Below, one piece after another: positions 61,446-64,000 of a DNA stretch of 64,000 nt (the first letter of the stretch is position 1; each line of letters opens with the position of its first letter). The notes beneath the pieces are model-generated. The model did no database searches. It worked only from the letters and a program-made list of their open reading frames with translations, and was not told the origin of the DNA. This stretch comes from an uncultured Bacilli bacterium (GTDB taxonomy: Bacteria > Bacillota_I > Bacilli_A > RF39 > UBA660): the NCBI GenBank assembly GCA_934131005.1, contig CAKOYV010000001.1, positions 79,868 through 143,867 on the forward strand, read 5' to 3'. A program made the position numbers and the translations under genes.

Positions 61446-62594
61446 TTAACGACTTTTTTTCATATCATTTAAGTCTTTTGCAATATTATTATCTGTTGAA
61501 CCTCTATAAAAATCAAATGGATATCTACCTTTTAAATAAGTTTTAATAAAGTCAATGAAGTAATTATAATCTCCTGTTTTGCTCTCATATTTTTTAGCAA
61601 TTTCATCAATAACATCTTTTATATCATTTTTAGAATAATTTGTACCATTTACATCATTATCATTACTCATTTGGAATAATATTCTGTCTAAATCAATCAT
61701 TAAATCTCTAATGAAATAATTATCAATTATTTTGTTTTCTATTTCTGCTAGAAAATGATAATATTCTGCTTGATTATAATGTGGATCTGGAATAATACTT
61801 CCACTAGGTGTTTTATAAAATGCTTGTCTAGGGAATGATGGCACATATGTAACATTAGCAAATGTAGCTCCAACTTTTTTAATTTTAAAATTCATAAACA
61901 TATCAGTTAGTGCTGTATTAACTATTCTAGGGGCACCACATAAATAAATTTGAGTATTTGAATTATTATTTCTGTTATTATTTTGTATTAATTCAAGTAT
62001 AGCATTTATACCATATATATCTCTATCAACTGAACCAAAAATATTTGGAATAGATAGAGAACCATGTCTAGTTACAACATCTAAAAATGAGCCTGTTCCT
62101 AAATTTAGAATCACTATATTTGCATTTGCTTTATTTGTGTCAAATATAACATCTTGTATTTTTTTATCAGAACCACCTGCAAAGAATTCATTGATTTCTT
62201 CTTCAGTTAAAAGTGGACTTCCATTTTCTATAGCTCTTCTATAATCGACTATATTCCAATTATGTGAGTCCTTTTCACAACAATTTTGTGTAATCCAGTT
62301 AGATACTGCTAATGCATTATTATTTTCACTTCTTGATAATTGATATGTTTGAACATCTAATCCTTTACTTTTTCCAAAGTCAATTAAACCTAAATTTCTA
62401 TCTAATAATAACCTTCCAGGCTCTGACATAGAAAATCCATCACTTATTGAATTACCTATTGCAGTAAGAGATAATTTATCTTTCGGATAATCTCTCATAA
62501 ATCTTACTAATTCTTCATTAACTTGTTCTAATTTTTCTTTTTCTTCACTTTTATCATATTTCAAAGTTAAACACCTCGTATATAATTTTACCAT
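61446..62594 (-). CDS. Hypothetical protein, weakly SGNH-like
   Basis: TAIGNSISDG resembles GDSxxxG block I with N for D; weak. Confidence 0.3.
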   Translation of the reverse strand: MVKLYTRCLTLKYDKSEEKEKLEQVNEELVRFMRDYPKDKLSLTAIGNSISDGFSMSEPGRLLLDRNLGLIDFGKSKGLDVQTYQLSRSENNNALAVSNWITQNCCEKDSHNWNIVDYRRAIENGSPLLTEEEINEFFAGGSDKKIQDVIFDTNKANANIVILNLGTGSFLDVVTRHGSLSIPNIFGSVDRDIYGINAILELIQNNNRNNNSNTQIYLCGAPRIVNTALTDMFMNFKIKKVGATFANVTYVPSFPRQAFYKTPSGSIIPDPHYNQAEYYHFLAEIENKIIDNYFIRDLMIDLDRILFQMSNDNDVNGTNYSKNDIKDVIDEIAKKYESKTGDYNYFIDFIKTYLKGRYPFDFYRGSTDNNIAKDLNDMKKSR

Positions 62595-62719
62595 ATTTAA
62601 AGTTATTTTCCTATACTATCGGTCGAAGTCATCATGATTTTTTTCTATTTTTAATAGCATTATACTATGATAATATCAAAAGGCAGTTACATTAATCTAT
62701 AATTATTGCATAAAAAAAC

Positions 62720-62810
62720 GATGGGATACCCTAGGCAAGATGAATGCTCACATATAAAATATGCTTACTGGCATTGCCAACACATCGTTAATCCTTCACA
62801 AGTATCCCAT
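62720..62810. other. Structured element: 10-bp perfect long-range inverted repeat enclosing nested hairpins (strand undetermined)
   Basis: GATGGGATAC (62724-33) and GTATCCCATC (62798-807); inside, GGCAA...TTGCC and CATAT-AAAA-ATATG stems; GC content above the local background. Confidence 0.3.
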
Positions 62811-62831
62811 CTACAAATATATTACATCATA

Positions 62832-63341
62832 TTAATATAAATTATTCATTTTTTTTTGCTTTTTATTTTCTTCAATGTAAACTTGACTTATATATTCTAT
62901 TGCTAAATCACTATACATATTAATATTTGTATTATAATATTTAAACTGATAACAATATTCTTGGTTAGTTTTAATATTTTTTCTTTTGCAAATATCATGA
63001 AATTTATTTGATGTAAATCCATGGTTTGGTCCTAACGCCAATTCTATCGTTTCACTTATCTTATTTACTATTTCTTTTGTTTTATATGGATGAGATTTGT
63101 CTATATCTTTTGGAACATTAATTATTTTTGCACTTTCGCTACCATCTTTTACGATAGTATATTTTAAATCTGCATCTGTTTCTTTTTTTGTTGATACTAA
63201 TTTTAATGTTTGTACTAAGTTTTCATCTGTATCTAATTCATTTTTTAATTTATCAAATAGTATTAGATTTGCTGGATTGAATACTAATGATGAAACATCT
63301 TGATTATCTCCAGGATTTACGAGTGCTATATATGGTGTCAC
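62832..63341 (-). CDS. Hypothetical protein
   Basis: 169-aa ORF. Confidence 0.3.
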   Translation of the reverse strand: MTPYIALVNPGDNQDVSSLVFNPANLILFDKLKNELDTDENLVQTLKLVSTKKETDADLKYTIVKDGSESAKIINVPKDIDKSHPYKTKEIVNKISETIELALGPNHGFTSNKFHDICKRKNIKTNQEYCYQFKYYNTNINMYSDLAIEYISQVYIEENKKQKKMNNLY

Positions 63342-63354
63342 TTTTTCGTTTAAA

Positions 63355-63717
63355 TTATAATCAGAAAAAGAATTTTATGGTGCTGAAGAAATTGAATCTA
63401 GTTTGAAAACAAATCGCAAAATTACAAATTTATTTCATTGTAATCCAGGTGCTTCATATCAAAAAGGAGCAATAGAAAAAAATCATGAATATATTAGACA
63501 CATTCTTCCAAAAGGTTCATCATTCGATAATCTTACTCAAGAAGATTGTAATATAATCATGAGTCATATTAATTCAACACCTAGAAAATCTTTAAAAAAT
63601 AAAACACTTTATCAAGCAATACACACAATATTTTCACAAAAAGAATCGTTTGATTTAGGGGTTAGAAAGATTAACCCTGACAAAGTTAATCTAACAAAAA
63701 AAGTCATTAAAAGATAG
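63355..63717 (+). pseudogene. IS30-family transposase C-terminal fragment (remnant)
   Basis: CNPGASYQKGAIEKNHEYIRHILPKGSSFDNLTQEDCNIIMSHINSTPRKSL matches the IS30 DDE-domain C-terminus (..YASWQKGxxEN..R..PKG..F..NNRPRK). No N-terminal HTH or catalytic core, and no ATG. Confidence 0.6.
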
Positions 63718-64000
63718 TAAAAAACTTAATTACTATCAACGGCACATAAACATAGTATAACTAGCACAATACGTGCATTTACTTTTGAAAGCATTAACTT
63801 ATAATTAAGGTAATGTCTTTTTGCCGTGCTATTAAACTCTAAAAAATTTAATAACAATACAACCTTACTACAAAAATGAACTGAAATTAATCCTTAAAAG
63901 TTAAAAAAAGTCATAAATTGCAAAGAATTTTTGACTTTTTTTAGCTAACGTGCGTTTACTTTTTAATTCAACCTATATAATTTTCTAGTTCTGATAGTTT

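Overview
The window is very AT-rich (under 30% GC), uses the standard genetic code, and looks like a low-GC Firmicutes chromosome from an endospore-former: it carries cotE, a cwlD-type amidase, a dacF-like carboxypeptidase and proteins with SipW-type signal peptides. Housekeeping genes are mostly on the minus strand: rplT, rpmI, infC, priA, tadA, pnp, rpsO, tmk, htpG, rpsP, htrA, a Rel/SpoT-family protein, rubrerythrin, a rubredoxin-fused [FeFe]-hydrogenase and one tRNA-Cys. Accessory material is interleaved with them. The most notable item is a family of surface or secreted proteins that share a TasA/camelysin-like N-terminal module with a SipW-type signal peptide. Five of these lie in tandem at 22889-27800, each with its own sigma-A-like promoter set just downstream of the preceding terminator, with conserved ends and a variable Ser/Thr-rich core. 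Two larger paralogs fuse that module to DUF285 repeats (17691-19665, and a partial copy at 1-279). Each of these two carries a 9-nt poly-G tract in its first codons that, as sequenced, puts the annotated ATG out of frame, which is the classic layout of a slipped-strand phase-variation switch. Other accessory elements are: an Rpn/PD-(D/E)XK transposase-like gene with two decayed 3' copies elsewhere in the window; an IS30 transposase remnant; an Abi_2 abortive-infection gene; a HerA/FtsK-like ATPase translationally coupled to a Cys-rich protein beside an AraC/GyrI regulator; an NlpC/P60 homolog lacking its catalytic Cys; and several paralogous hypothetical clusters. No CRISPR array or rRNA gene was seen.
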